Of a DNA stretch of 64,000 nucleotides, positions 17,737 through 27,646 are shown in pieces. The notes under the pieces are model-generated. The model worked only from the letters and a program-made list of their open reading frames with translations. It was not told where the DNA came from and ran no database searches. The position numbers were made by a program, and so were the translations under genes. The first letter of the stretch is position 1, and the number at the start of each line of letters is the position of its first letter. The stretch spans positions 3,680,001-3,744,000 of the forward strand of contig OZ241917.1 of NCBI GenBank assembly GCA_965203805.1, given 5' to 3'. The DNA comes from Candidatus Latescibacterota bacterium (GTDB taxonomy: Bacteria; Latescibacterota; UBA2968; GCA-2709665).

Positions 17737-20700
17737 TCAATCCATCTCGTCTTGCAGAATCTTTCGAATTTGATCGACAGGCAGAAATTTAGCATCGCAC
17801 CAGCGAAGAAGATAGAGTCCCGGACCTTCGTCCAAGTTACGGAAGAGCGCAGCTGCTCTTTTAGGCCACTCATCGTTATTGGTATCGCCAATCAACGCCC
17901 CGAACACCAGGTCTGTGGCCTTTAGAGTCTTTGAATCAACAGGAACGCTAGTCACGACGATAGGTCGCGCCCGCGCCCAAAGGGTATTAATGAAACCTGT
18001 ACCGAGGGCGATATGCGACGGAAGATCCGCACCCGTGTGACCGATGTAAATACATAGAGTCTGGATATCGGATAGGTCGGGAGTCTCGTCGCGTTCAAAC
18101 GCGGACAGCAGGAGTTGCCTGTTGAGCGAAACAGGGCCGTGACGATGCGTAGCGAGGTATATAACCGCGTCAGAATGTGCATCTTTAGAAATCGTCCCGG
18201 CTTGTTCGGCGCTCATGAGTACCGCCTGCAACCAGACACCCTTGGTACCGAACGCCTCGCTGGCGCGTTGCCGCATCATCAAATCCTCGCAGAGCAGTAG
18301 TCGTTTTTTACCCGCCATGACTGCGGGAGCGAATGCATCCCTGGGTGGAAGCCCAATCAGTAATTCGCCCAGATCCGAAAAATGGTCGGGAAATTCGATC
18401 GGTTCCACCTCGCAGGCTTCTTCGATCGTCGCAATCCGCACCTTGAGTTCCATCAGTTTCTCAGCACGTTCCTCCGCCGTCTCTGTGTAACCGATGAATC
18501 TGCCATCTCGGTATCCCAGGTGCATCGATCTTCCGTCGCCACCGCCGGAAAAAATGGCAGTCATCGCCTCTATACGACCGAGTTCAGAAATCGGGATGGC
18601 GAGCGACCCCAAGCGTTCTTTCAGAACCGGAAAAATATCAAGACCTGCGGCGTGCCACGCCGTGAGCGCGTCCAATACTGCGCCAGAACCTGCATGATCC
18701 TCAATGAGTGCGAGTGCCCCCTTGCGGTCTTCCGCAGTCCCGCTAAAAACCCGCAATTGCATTCCTGCAGAGTAGAGATATTGCGCGAATGCGATTCCCC
18801 CGCTTGGCGTATCTCCTGCAGCGACGGCGACAGGTAATCCTTTTTCAAAATATAGGCTTGCTCTTACGCTTGCAGCTTGGCTTTGACGACGTACTTGCTT
18901 TAAGATCGGCTCGATATCGTCTTCGCGGGTAGTTATAGAGGCAAATCCCGGGGCGTCCGGAAACCTCTGGCCGAAACTTTGGGCAAGATGGTGGAAAGCT
19001 TGCAGCCAGCGGGGCCTAATTTCCGATACGGTCCATTTTTCGGCTACTCCAAGGGAGTTTACGTGTTCGAACACGTCTCCGGTCTTTAATCCCAGTGACT
19101 TGGCAAAAAAGGCATTTGTTGGTTCGATCTTCTCGCCCCATGGCCTGTCCGCCGTCTCGCCAACCAAACCCGTGGACTCTTTTCCATTGGTTTCAGCCAA
19201 ATGGACCCAGACGCCGGTAGCAACCCACCCGTCAAAAACGTGATCCTGCCGATCCCAGGTACAATTAAAAACGAGCCCGAGGTATTTCATGACTATATCG
19301 GGACTGTCTAGACCACCAGTCAGGGCTTCGTATCCCAAATTGAGTGCGCGTGAATACTCACTATACTCAGATAGGACATGGCTGAATTCCATGCGCTCGA
19401 GGGGTGAACCCGGCAGTGCGTCCACGCCTTCACGCTGCAGTAGTACAGCAACGGATTCTCTGTCACCGATCGCAATCAGTGATCGGATTAAGTATAGGAT
19501 ATTTTCAAGACAGCGTTCTTGCTCGAATGCGTCTGTAAAGGGGGTAACCGCGTCTCGGGGAACTCCTCGGTTGAAGTGGCAAACCCCTTCCAGCCGCCTA
19601 AAGTACGGGAGGCCACGAAGTTTGGGGGCAAGCCCCTCGAAAAACTGTGTGGCGCGTTGGCGTATTGGGATCTTATAGACGAACGCGTGAGCCAGCATTC
19701 TTAGTGGTTTGCTGTCGCGATCCAAAGGTACGTGGCCGAACAAAGTATCTGTTACGACGTCAAGTCTTCGGCGGTCCATGGCTTCTGTGGCGAAACGGAA
19801 CCGCGAAGTTAGACCATCGTCTCCGTCCTCGAGAGCTGATTCTGCTGCCTCGAATAGCGCGTCTGACAGATCCTCCCATTTATTGAGCCTTGCGAGTTGA
19901 GCAAGAATTGTCAATGCACGACTGTCTCCTTGCAATATTCCCTGCTCGGCTTCGACGATTGAACGTCGTCTTTCTTGAGGCACCAATTGTGTTCTAGCAA
20001 GTGTTCCGCAAGCACGAGCAATTCCGCGTTCGGATTCCGGAAAAACCTCCAGATGCTTGTCAACGATGCTTGAGACTCTACCCCAATCTCCCGTAAGGAT
20101 AGCGATGTTGAAACGCATCATCACGGTCTGTGCATTGATATCTAGCCCCGAAATCAACTCGAGCGCACGTTCGGACTCACCTTCCTGAGCAGATATGAAG
20201 GCAACATGCTCCTTGACGGTAACCTCGTTAGGGAAGCGCTCAAGCGCCTCGCTGGCAACTTTATTTGCCTCTTCATTCCTGGCCAGAAGGCGGTAAGCAA
20301 TTATAAGGTTTAGCGGAATGGGATATAGATCGCCGCGACGATACACGGTCCGATCACGAACTTCAGGCCACCTGGCTTCGTATATCTCGACAGCCTTGTC
20401 GATATCAACGCGCGCGGCATCATCGAGTATCTCGTCATTGGCAAGCCGATTTGGGTCAATCGCTCTAGATAGGAGCGCAGAGGCGTAGAGTTCTTGTAAT
20501 TCGACTCTTTCAGGGAAGGCATGATGGGCGGCAATTGCCGCTTCCCACCAGGCCCCGTGCTCTCCGCGTTCCATGAGCCAATGGACTCTCGCCACGGCAA
20601 CCTGAGGAGTGTTTCGCACTAGTTCGGGGACGTGCGTGATTGGATTGTCAATGTCCATTTCAGTTTTGAGGCTAAGGACGTAAAACGCCGCCAATTCGGC

Positions 20701-21642
20701 GTTGTTAGGGTTATTGAGAAGGCGGGGTTCAGCAAACGCCCGGATGCTGCGCCAGTCTTGCTTCAAATAGAATCCAAATGCCTTGTTGGAGATCGCCGTT
20801 GGATCTTCTGGTGAAATTCCCCAAGCGGCGATAAATCCGTTCGCGGCCTCTTCCTCATCTCCAAGTTCCAACTGGCACGCGGCGATATTCGACGCGATCC
20901 TGAATCGAATATGGTCTGTTGCCCTGTTGTCGAGCTTCGTTTGAAGCTCTGTTAGCAACTGCAGGGCACCTGTTGGATTTGTCGGCAGAAATGCCTTATA
21001 GGCATCAATAAGTTGGTCGTACTCATTGTCGATTCCAGTATGACGTAATTCTACTTGGATTGCATAAAGTGTGGAAATCTGGCGACTAATTTCTTCAAGT
21101 TGGGGTTTAATATCTGCGGACTGACTCGCGGATAGATCTCTTATAGCTTGGTCGATTTGATCACGTTTTGGTGTATGGAGCGGATCGAACGCATCAAGTG
21201 CTTCGGGATAACGGCTGATTTCGCGCTGCAGGCTGTCCCAACCATATATGCTGATGCTGAGTTCCTGATCTCGGTCTTTTTCTGAAACAAGAGAAAGTTC
21301 TAAGGCCAGACTTTGGAGCTTGGCGTCGTCACGATCGGTCGTGACAATGATATACTCCGAGAGAGGAGGCTTGAAGCCCAATGCCTTTTCGACCTCGTCT
21401 CGCACTTCCTTTTCAGTTAATGATTGTCCTTCGCCTTTCAGTTTGCACTGAATACCAACAATCCTGTTCGATTTGCCGCCCCTTCTGCCAACCAGGTCGA
21501 CGCCATATTGACGTTGGCCCCGTCGGCCGAAACATTGAACGTTGTCGTCATTCAAAATGCAACGCCACAAGACTTCGTTACAACGCTCGAAGGCCTGCTC
21601 GTCGATGGGCTTGGGAATCTGTGTCGCGCCGAATTCGGACAT
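17737..21642 (-). CDS. Large defence-type protein: N-terminal PD-(D/E)xK nuclease, TPR region, GreA/B-C-like domain and C-terminal PIN-like domain
   Basis: GRRGQRQYGVDL..IQCK; helical repeats; FFAKSLGLKTGD; AVLDALT..LLLCEDLMMR. Likely start MSEFGATQIPKP at 21642. Confidence 0.75.
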   Translation of the reverse strand: MSEFGATQIPKPIDEQAFERCNEVLWRCILNDDNVQCFGRRGQRQYGVDLVGRRGGKSNRIVGIQCKLKGEGQSLTEKEVRDEVEKALGFKPPLSEYIIVTTDRDDAKLQSLALELSLVSEKDRDQELSISIYGWDSLQREISRYPEALDAFDPLHTPKRDQIDQAIRDLSASQSADIKPQLEEISRQISTLYAIQVELRHTGIDNEYDQLIDAYKAFLPTNPTGALQLLTELQTKLDNRATDHIRFRIASNIAACQLELGDEEEAANGFIAAWGISPEDPTAISNKAFGFYLKQDWRSIRAFAEPRLLNNPNNAELAAFYVLSLKTEMDIDNPITHVPELVRNTPQVAVARVHWLMERGEHGAWWEAAIAAHHAFPERVELQELYASALLSRAIDPNRLANDEILDDAARVDIDKAVEIYEARWPEVRDRTVYRRGDLYPIPLNLIIAYRLLARNEEANKVASEALERFPNEVTVKEHVAFISAQEGESERALELISGLDINAQTVMMRFNIAILTGDWGRVSSIVDKHLEVFPESERGIARACGTLARTQLVPQERRRSIVEAEQGILQGDSRALTILAQLARLNKWEDLSDALFEAAESALEDGDDGLTSRFRFATEAMDRRRLDVVTDTLFGHVPLDRDSKPLRMLAHAFVYKIPIRQRATQFFEGLAPKLRGLPYFRRLEGVCHFNRGVPRDAVTPFTDAFEQERCLENILYLIRSLIAIGDRESVAVLLQREGVDALPGSPLERMEFSHVLSEYSEYSRALNLGYEALTGGLDSPDIVMKYLGLVFNCTWDRQDHVFDGWVATGVWVHLAETNGKESTGLVGETADRPWGEKIEPTNAFFAKSLGLKTGDVFEHVNSLGVAEKWTVSEIRPRWLQAFHHLAQSFGQRFPDAPGFASITTREDDIEPILKQVRRQSQAASVRASLYFEKGLPVAVAAGDTPSGGIAFAQYLYSAGMQLRVFSGTAEDRKGALALIEDHAGSGAVLDALTAWHAAGLDIFPVLKERLGSLAIPISELGRIEAMTAIFSGGGDGRSMHLGYRDGRFIGYTETAEERAEKLMELKVRIATIEEACEVEPIEFPDHFSDLGELLIGLPPRDAFAPAVMAGKKRLLLCEDLMMRQRASEAFGTKGVWLQAVLMSAEQAGTISKDAHSDAVIYLATHRHGPVSLNRQLLLSAFERDETPDLSDIQTLCIYIGHTGADLPSHIALGTGFINTLWARARPIVVTSVPVDSKTLKATDLVFGALIGDTNNDEWPKRAAALFRNLDEGPGLYLLRWCDAKFLPVDQIRKILQDEMD

Positions 21643-21710
21643 GAAAATCGCCCTTGAATATATCGTATTCTTGCTGCAGTTCGTCTGGTCGAGAGCTTGT
21701 GAGACGTCAA

Positions 21711-21740
21711 ATGTCGGCAATAAATCGTAACTGCCGACAA
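21711..21740. promoter_or_regulatory. Copy of the AbiE operator-like inverted repeat
   Basis: TGTCGGCA-N12-TGCCGACA; 25/30 identical to 23341-23370. Confidence 0.6.
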
Positions 21741-21797
21741 TTGCTGGCAGTATGTTTCCGCTATCAGCGGAGCGACCCTGTATTCCGCCATGCATCC

Positions 21798-22721
21798 CTA
21801 TTCGTATCTCCACGGTCCGCCCGCCTTCCAACTCCCATGGAAACCACTTCTGCGCGCCACGGCATCCCAAGGGTCTCTGAAAAAGGATATAAGACGGTCG
21901 CCCAAAGAACTGAAATCTGCGGGCGCACCCAAGAGCACGTTCCGTTCCACATAGGTACGCCACCGCCCGGCACGTTCTGAATCAGCATAAAAACGGGGAG
22001 TCAGAGCAACCGGAAGAGCGTCTGAAAACGCGGTACGGCGGCGGTCGAAGGTCGCACGCATAGATCTCCCGAGTTGATCGCCCCCAAAAGGGAAATGCTG
22101 CACCAGGGTATAAAGATCGTAAAAGTCCTTGTTTCGACTGTTTCTTTCGCCGAGCACGACCATCGCATGAAGCTTTTCCGCAACGACGGCCTCCCGAGGG
22201 TAGACTCGGATATCTGGACTGGGATTGTCGAGCAAGGTCTTGTATAGAGTGTCGGTCGGAGGTGGTTCGACGGCATTTCCAAAGCCAATATCGATCTGCA
22301 TATTTATGCGTGCGTTTTCCAATGTCGCGTTGAAACGTACACGGAGACTATCATACATGTCCTGATCGCGAATGGTTTCGGTTGCAATGTTGCTTGTATC
22401 GAAGACAACTCCGTCGTCGTCAACGGGAGTCTGACAGATTTCCTGGATTGCGGACTTAACGTCGCCAAACAACGAACTGCCGTAGCCCGTGAAATCCAGG
22501 TCGCGTGTCGGTCGGTAGACTGCTTCACCCCAATGGACAAGGAGCATGGCGCCCTTCAAGATATAGCGATTACGATGCGGTGACTCTCCAAGTCGATAGA
22601 GGAATCGCTCTGCCGCGTATCGCTCCAGTAGAAACTTAAAATCCTCACCAGTTTGACGGCTCCGGTTCAACAGCCTTGCACGTACCGATGCGCCGACGTT
22701 GCGGGGCCTTTCGCGTGTCAT
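21798..22721 (-). CDS. AbiEii nucleotidyltransferase toxin (type IV TA)
   Basis: ASVRARLLN; ILKGAMLL..RPTRDLDF; AEKLHAMV; NSRNKDFYD. Confidence 0.92.
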   Translation of the reverse strand: MTRERPRNVGASVRARLLNRSRQTGEDFKFLLERYAAERFLYRLGESPHRNRYILKGAMLLVHWGEAVYRPTRDLDFTGYGSSLFGDVKSAIQEICQTPVDDDGVVFDTSNIATETIRDQDMYDSLRVRFNATLENARINMQIDIGFGNAVEPPPTDTLYKTLLDNPSPDIRVYPREAVVAEKLHAMVVLGERNSRNKDFYDLYTLVQHFPFGGDQLGRSMRATFDRRRTAFSDALPVALTPRFYADSERAGRWRTYVERNVLLGAPADFSSLGDRLISFFRDPWDAVARRSGFHGSWKAGGPWRYE

Positions 22722-23350
22722 AGATGAAGCGCCTCCAGGTAGCTCCGCATAACCGTCTGCGCGCGGCAGACTTCCGCGGCTCGCACAATCTCATCCACGG
22801 TCGCTGAACGCGATCGCAGCGCATCGTGAAGCGCCTCAAGCGCTATATCGAGTCCGAGTTTGTTGCGATAGCGGAAACAATCGACAACCGTTCGGGCTGG
22901 CGAAGTGATGCGAAAGGGCACCCCAAGCGCAGACTGGAGGGTAACGCCGTAGGTTAGCATCGGGCCTGAAAATCGTACTATCCGTACCCGGGCGGGCGGG
23001 TGTGTGGGTTTGCGGGCTTTTCGGTCCAGAGCGATCCAGACCTCATGAGGAGACTGTGTACCGATATCATGGTAGCGAAGCGCCGTTAGCAGGCACATGA
23101 TGGCGTTCGGTATCGCAGCAGCTACCATTGCGATCGTCTCTGCCTCTGTCGTTTCCACCTCTGCGAGTCGATAGAGGCCGTTTCCCATATTGTCGACGAG
23201 TCCTTCAGCCACAAGACCCATGAGTCTTCGATGCGAGATCCCGAAACGCGCAAGGTCTTTAGGTCGAAAATAGGTACCCAGGCCAGCTTCTTGTAGTTGA
23301 GTGATGTCCATTGAGTCAACTGTTCTCGAATCGACAATGATTGTCGGCAC
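22718..23350 (-). CDS. AbiEi antitoxin / transcriptional regulator
   Basis: GLYRL; CLLTALRYH; SPARTVVDCFRYRNKLGLDIALEAL. ATGA coupling to abiEii. May start at ATG 23311. Confidence 0.92.
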   Translation of the reverse strand: MPTIIVDSRTVDSMDITQLQEAGLGTYFRPKDLARFGISHRRLMGLVAEGLVDNMGNGLYRLAEVETTEAETIAMVAAAIPNAIMCLLTALRYHDIGTQSPHEVWIALDRKARKPTHPPARVRIVRFSGPMLTYGVTLQSALGVPFRITSPARTVVDCFRYRNKLGLDIALEALHDALRSRSATVDEIVRAAEVCRAQTVMRSYLEALHL

Positions 23351-23387
23351 TTAATTGGAACTGCCGACAATCTATTCTATTGTCGGA
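23341..23387. promoter_or_regulatory. AbiEi operator-like inverted repeats
   Basis: TTGTCGGCA-N12-TGCCGACAA plus a further TTGTCGGA half site. Confidence 0.65.
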
Positions 23388-23425
23388 TTGTCCCTTCCAC
23401 CCTCAATGTAGAGCACCGCGCTCAC
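23372..23425 (-). pseudogene. 17-codon stub of a DUF4276-like partner of the AAA ATPase
   Basis: GTGA overlap with the ATPase stop; reads MSAVLYIEGGRDNPTIE*. Confidence 0.5.
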
Positions 23426-24639
23426 CAGCGATTCCCTCCCAACTGCCCTGAACTCCAGAGACTGCCAAGTGTATAATCCTTCAGCCATTTGGCAAGATCG
23501 TCTTTGTCGAGCCGACGCATCTGCGTCTGCCCATCTCGCTTCTCGCAGACCACGACACTTTCGGGGGAGTCAGTTAGCGCGTCGACGATCACGTCGGAAT
23601 GAGTTGTTACGATCAACTGACTGCGGCTGGACGCGGAGACCAGCAAATTGGCCACCGTGGGTAAAAGGTCCGGATGCAGGCCCAGTTCCGGTAGCTCAAT
23701 GACAACGAGAGGAGGCGGTTCGGGATGGTGCAGAATGGCCAGCAGGCACAAATAACGGAGCGTTCCGTCCGAAAGGCGCGTGGCGGGAATCGTTCGATTG
23801 CCGGCCTCTTCCAGGAATAACCCAACGGTTCCGCCGGCGACCGGACAGGTGATGTCGACGATGCCGTCAAAGAGTTTCCCCAAAGATTCGACAACTTGCC
23901 TTTTGTTCTCACCCTGGAAGTGCGACAGCACGAGCGCCAGATTCGCGCCGCCCTCGTCCAGAAAATCGGCGCGGTCATGGGCGCGCTGATTCCTTCGGCA
24001 CGCTGCCGAAGGACCAAGAAACCAGTCGCGGTAAAGGCGAATACGCCCGTATTGTTCCTTCAGATTCCACAGAACCGGATACTCGGCGCTTGCCAGGTGA
24101 ATGATCGAATGTTCAGGGTGATAGTGGCTTTGGAACCCTATACTTCGGATTCCTCTTACAATGGTTGGTGGTGGTCCCGACGGAGCGGCCGAATATTGAG
24201 ACGTCGACCTGTCAGCTAACGAATCGATATCCGGCTTTTCCTTTCTGGGCGGACGATAGTAGGAAAGTGGGGGAAGTGGACCGACGTACGCGCCTGACGG
24301 CTCGACCTGCTCGTCGATCACTTCGGGACGATCGTTATGGTCGCCAAGTGTCAGCGAGTGGCGAACCAGGCCGCCCGGTTGACATTCCACAGACGCTTCC
24401 AATGTGAATGAGTCCATCGTATTGGGCCCGCGCCACAACCATGACCGAACGCCGCCCGTGCGCGAGATTGGTTCCGTTATACTGCTCGGTGCGGCCTTGA
24501 GTAGCGCAATTGCCTCGAGAAAGTTTGACTTTCCTGAGCCATTTGGGCCGACAAGGACGTTCAGCGGTTCCAGGGGCAAGTCAACCCCATCGGGTCCGAA
24601 GGACAGGAGGCCTGCAATTTTCAATTTATGAATCATCAT
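23422..24639 (-). CDS. ABC-type AAA ATPase (AAA_21-like)
   Basis: GPNGSGKS; LSDGTLR signature; IELPELGLHP; TTHS; GQLGGNRW terminus. Confidence 0.9.
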   Translation of the reverse strand: MMIHKLKIAGLLSFGPDGVDLPLEPLNVLVGPNGSGKSNFLEAIALLKAAPSSITEPISRTGGVRSWLWRGPNTMDSFTLEASVECQPGGLVRHSLTLGDHNDRPEVIDEQVEPSGAYVGPLPPLSYYRPPRKEKPDIDSLADRSTSQYSAAPSGPPPTIVRGIRSIGFQSHYHPEHSIIHLASAEYPVLWNLKEQYGRIRLYRDWFLGPSAACRRNQRAHDRADFLDEGGANLALVLSHFQGENKRQVVESLGKLFDGIVDITCPVAGGTVGLFLEEAGNRTIPATRLSDGTLRYLCLLAILHHPEPPPLVVIELPELGLHPDLLPTVANLLVSASSRSQLIVTTHSDVIVDALTDSPESVVVCEKRDGQTQMRRLDKDDLAKWLKDYTLGSLWSSGQLGGNRW

Positions 24640-24812
24640 ATCGGCGACTCGTACATCAACGTCGGTCTTTCTATCCCACGGACACAACTTTCAAATTGAC
24701 GCGCTGGCTTGGGAAAGCTTGCCCCGAACGAATCAACGGAATCAGCAGGCTATTCAGTTTGAAAACCAGACCAACCTCGGGGTAGGGGGAATTTGGGTGC
24801 TTGTTCCCATCG

Positions 24813-24836
24813 CGCAAACTGACAGTTTGCGCTACG
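24813..24836 (-). repeat. GTAG-type REP-like palindrome
   Basis: CGCAAACTG-A-CAGTTTGCG-CTACG, identical to 29147-29170. Confidence 0.75.
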
Positions 24837-24977
24837 GCCGGTTGGCCCGGCAATAATTCCAACGCCAATTTTCCTTCCTAAGCAGTTTCAGATTTCCGGT
24901 ACCCTCTATCCGTTCCTCTATGAATCAGCCATACGAAACGGCAGAACTTAGTCGTAACTGCCGACAACCGATCTCAT

Positions 24978-25316
24978 TCAGCGGTTTGCTGCATTAGGCA
25001 CACGCCGACGGGGAGCGTTTGTTCGTGGGGAAATCACTTCCAAAACCTCAGCCTCGGACCGCGTGGCATGATACAGATCCCAGCGAAGCTGGAGATTCAG
25101 CCAAAACGCGGCCGACACATCGAAATATCTCCCCAGGCGCAGGGCTGTACTCGGCGTGATGCCCCGTCGACCATTTACAAGTTCGTTGACCCGTTGATAG
25201 GGAACATGAATGGCGGTAGCCAATTCGCGCTGTGTTAAATTCACCGGATTCAGGAATTCCTCCAGTAACATCTCACCCGGATGAGTCGGAACACGATGGG
25301 TTGGAATTCGTACCAT
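24978..25316 (-). CDS. higA: HigA family antitoxin (orphan)
   Basis: PTHPGEMLLEEFL..RRGITPSTALRL..FWLNLQLRWDL. Confidence 0.92.
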   Translation of the reverse strand: MVRIPTHRVPTHPGEMLLEEFLNPVNLTQRELATAIHVPYQRVNELVNGRRGITPSTALRLGRYFDVSAAFWLNLQLRWDLYHATRSEAEVLEVISPRTNAPRRRVPNAANR

Positions 25317-25422
25317 AGTCCGCACCTCTGGTTGATTCTCGATGGAAGCCGATAACCTACACGTCAGTGGCAATGACGACCTGGCCACGCAAACAGGTGT
25401 GACAATGAATACTTCTGGCGGC

Positions 25423-27576
25423 TCAGGCCACTGTGCCGGACATATCCTTCAACATCTCAAGTATGTCTTTTTCGATGGCCTGAATATCGGCCTCGATTTC
25501 GGCGAGTGGACGTGGTGGTTTGTACTGGTAGAAATAGCGGTTGAAGTTGATCTCGTACCCCACAAAGCCGACTCGTCCGTCGTTTTGATCGCGCTTTGAT
25601 AGGTCGATCCATGCGTCCGGCACGTGGGGCTTGACCTCGCGGTCAAAGAAGGCGCGGACGCTTTCGGGGACGCCGTCATCGTCCACTGGATCCTCCCCTT
25701 CCGCGAGCGGCACCCGTTCGGTGTCGCGCAACTCCGGGTCGGCTTCGGGCGCGCCGCCCCTCCCGTGACAGATCGCGGCGGTCTCGTCCCGCTCGCCCAG
25801 CGCGGCCAGAATCGCTTTCTTTACTGGCGCCGCGAGTTTCAGGCCGGCTTTCATCTCCGCATGCGCAAGTTCCTTGAGAAACACTTCCCGGTCCTTATAG
25901 AGGGTATCGGGCAGCGCTTCCAACATGGCCAATATAGCCTGTTGAAGGGCACGGCCCTCTGCCACCTCGCGTTCACCCGCGTCTCCTCGTTTCTTCGATT
26001 TCGACAGATTCTGAAATCCCTTTTGTTCACCAAGCCGGGTGATGCGTTCGGCATTCGCCTGGAAATTGAGGCGCAAAGGCCGCTCAACCGTAATTTTTCG
26101 GTACCCGAATTGTGTGGTCGGGAAGACGCGGCTGACGGTTTTTTCTTCCTCCTCGCCGTCTTCCGATACCATCCTGACTTCGCCATCCTGATAGTCGTGC
26201 AGAAGTTCCAGTACTTCGTCGGCTTTATCCGGCGGTATCTCACGCCGCTTGTCGCCCAGGCTACGGCGCATCGGCTGCCAAAAGGTCGTGGCATCGATCA
26301 ACTGTACCTTGCCTTTTCGTTCCGGTGCCTTGCGGTTGCTCAGTACCCATACGTACGTGGCAATTCCGGTGTTGTAAAAGAGTTGTTCGGGGAGCGCGAT
26401 CAACGACTCCAGAAGGTCGTTCTCAAGGACGAAGCGGCGAATCTCGCTCTCTCCGCTGCCCGCGTCGCCGGTAAACAGCGGCGAACCGTTCATAATGATC
26501 GCGATGCGTGCGCCCCCCTGGTCCGGCGCCCGAACGTGTGCGAGCATATGCAGCAGGAACAGGGTCTGGCCGTCGCTGATCCGCGGGAGTCCCGGTCCGA
26601 AGCGCCCGGCGGTTCCCCTTTCGTGCTCGGACTCGACCGAACTCTTGTCTCGCTTCCAGTCCTTTCCGTACGGAGGATTCGCGATCAGGTAGTCGAAATG
26701 GCGTGCGGCGTGGCGGTCGTTTGACAGCGTACTGCCGAACGCAATGTTGTCCGCGTCGCGGCCAGTCGGATCCTTCATGTACATGTCTGACTTTGAGACC
26801 GCCCAGGTCTCCGGATTCACTTCTTGGCCGAAGAGATGGATCTCCGCCTTGGGATTGATGGCGGGGCGAAGGATTTCGCCGTTGCTTCGCCTGCCGCTGG
26901 TGATGTGGTCTTTTGCAATCATCAACATACCGCCAGAGCCGCAGCAGGGGTCGTACACACTACGTACGACGCTGGGGTTGGCGATGCGATCATCGTCACC
27001 GGCCAACATGAGATCCACCATCAGATGGACGACGTCCCGCGGCGTGAAGTGCTCGCCTGGGTTCTCGTCCAGGGCTTCGTTGAAACGCCTGATCAGCTCT
27101 TCGAAAATCGTCCCCATCGTCGCGTTGTCGATCCCATCCGGGTGCAGGTCGACGTTTTTGAACCGCTCAAGCACCTGGAACAGCAGCCCCGCTTCGTCGA
27201 GCTTGCTGATCGTGTTGTCGATGTCGAAGCGTTCCAACACTTCCCGCATGTTGTCGCTGAAGCCGGCAATGTAATTCCTCAGGTTGGCGGCAAGTTGGGG
27301 CGCATCGGCAAGCAATGTATCGAAGTCATAGCGCGACGTGTTGTAGAACGCGAAGCCGGATGTCCTGCGGAGCTGCTCCTTCAAGTCTTCGAGCCCCATA
27401 TTCCTCAGCTCTGCCTGGCGTCTGAGCACCTGATGCTTGGTGGGAGCGAGCACGCAGTCCAGACGGCGCAACACGGTCAGCGGCAGAATGACGTCCTGGT
27501 ACTTCCCTCGCTTGAAGCTGTCGCGGATCAGATCCGCGACGCCCCAGATAAAGCTGACGATTTCACTGTGGTTCAT
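25423..27576 (-). CDS. hsdM: Type I R-M N6-adenine methyltransferase
   Basis: GEHFTPR; YDPCCGSGGML; NPPY; LFYNTGIATY; GYEINFNRYFY. Confidence 0.96.
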   Translation of the reverse strand: MNHSEIVSFIWGVADLIRDSFKRGKYQDVILPLTVLRRLDCVLAPTKHQVLRRQAELRNMGLEDLKEQLRRTSGFAFYNTSRYDFDTLLADAPQLAANLRNYIAGFSDNMREVLERFDIDNTISKLDEAGLLFQVLERFKNVDLHPDGIDNATMGTIFEELIRRFNEALDENPGEHFTPRDVVHLMVDLMLAGDDDRIANPSVVRSVYDPCCGSGGMLMIAKDHITSGRRSNGEILRPAINPKAEIHLFGQEVNPETWAVSKSDMYMKDPTGRDADNIAFGSTLSNDRHAARHFDYLIANPPYGKDWKRDKSSVESEHERGTAGRFGPGLPRISDGQTLFLLHMLAHVRAPDQGGARIAIIMNGSPLFTGDAGSGESEIRRFVLENDLLESLIALPEQLFYNTGIATYVWVLSNRKAPERKGKVQLIDATTFWQPMRRSLGDKRREIPPDKADEVLELLHDYQDGEVRMVSEDGEEEEKTVSRVFPTTQFGYRKITVERPLRLNFQANAERITRLGEQKGFQNLSKSKKRGDAGEREVAEGRALQQAILAMLEALPDTLYKDREVFLKELAHAEMKAGLKLAAPVKKAILAALGERDETAAICHGRGGAPEADPELRDTERVPLAEGEDPVDDDGVPESVRAFFDREVKPHVPDAWIDLSKRDQNDGRVGFVGYEINFNRYFYQYKPPRPLAEIEADIQAIEKDILEMLKDMSGTVA

Positions 27577-27646
27577 GCGTTCGCTCCACGATTTCGACCT
27601 GGCGAATAACGCCGCCTATACCCGTTTAATTCAATAAATGTAATTT

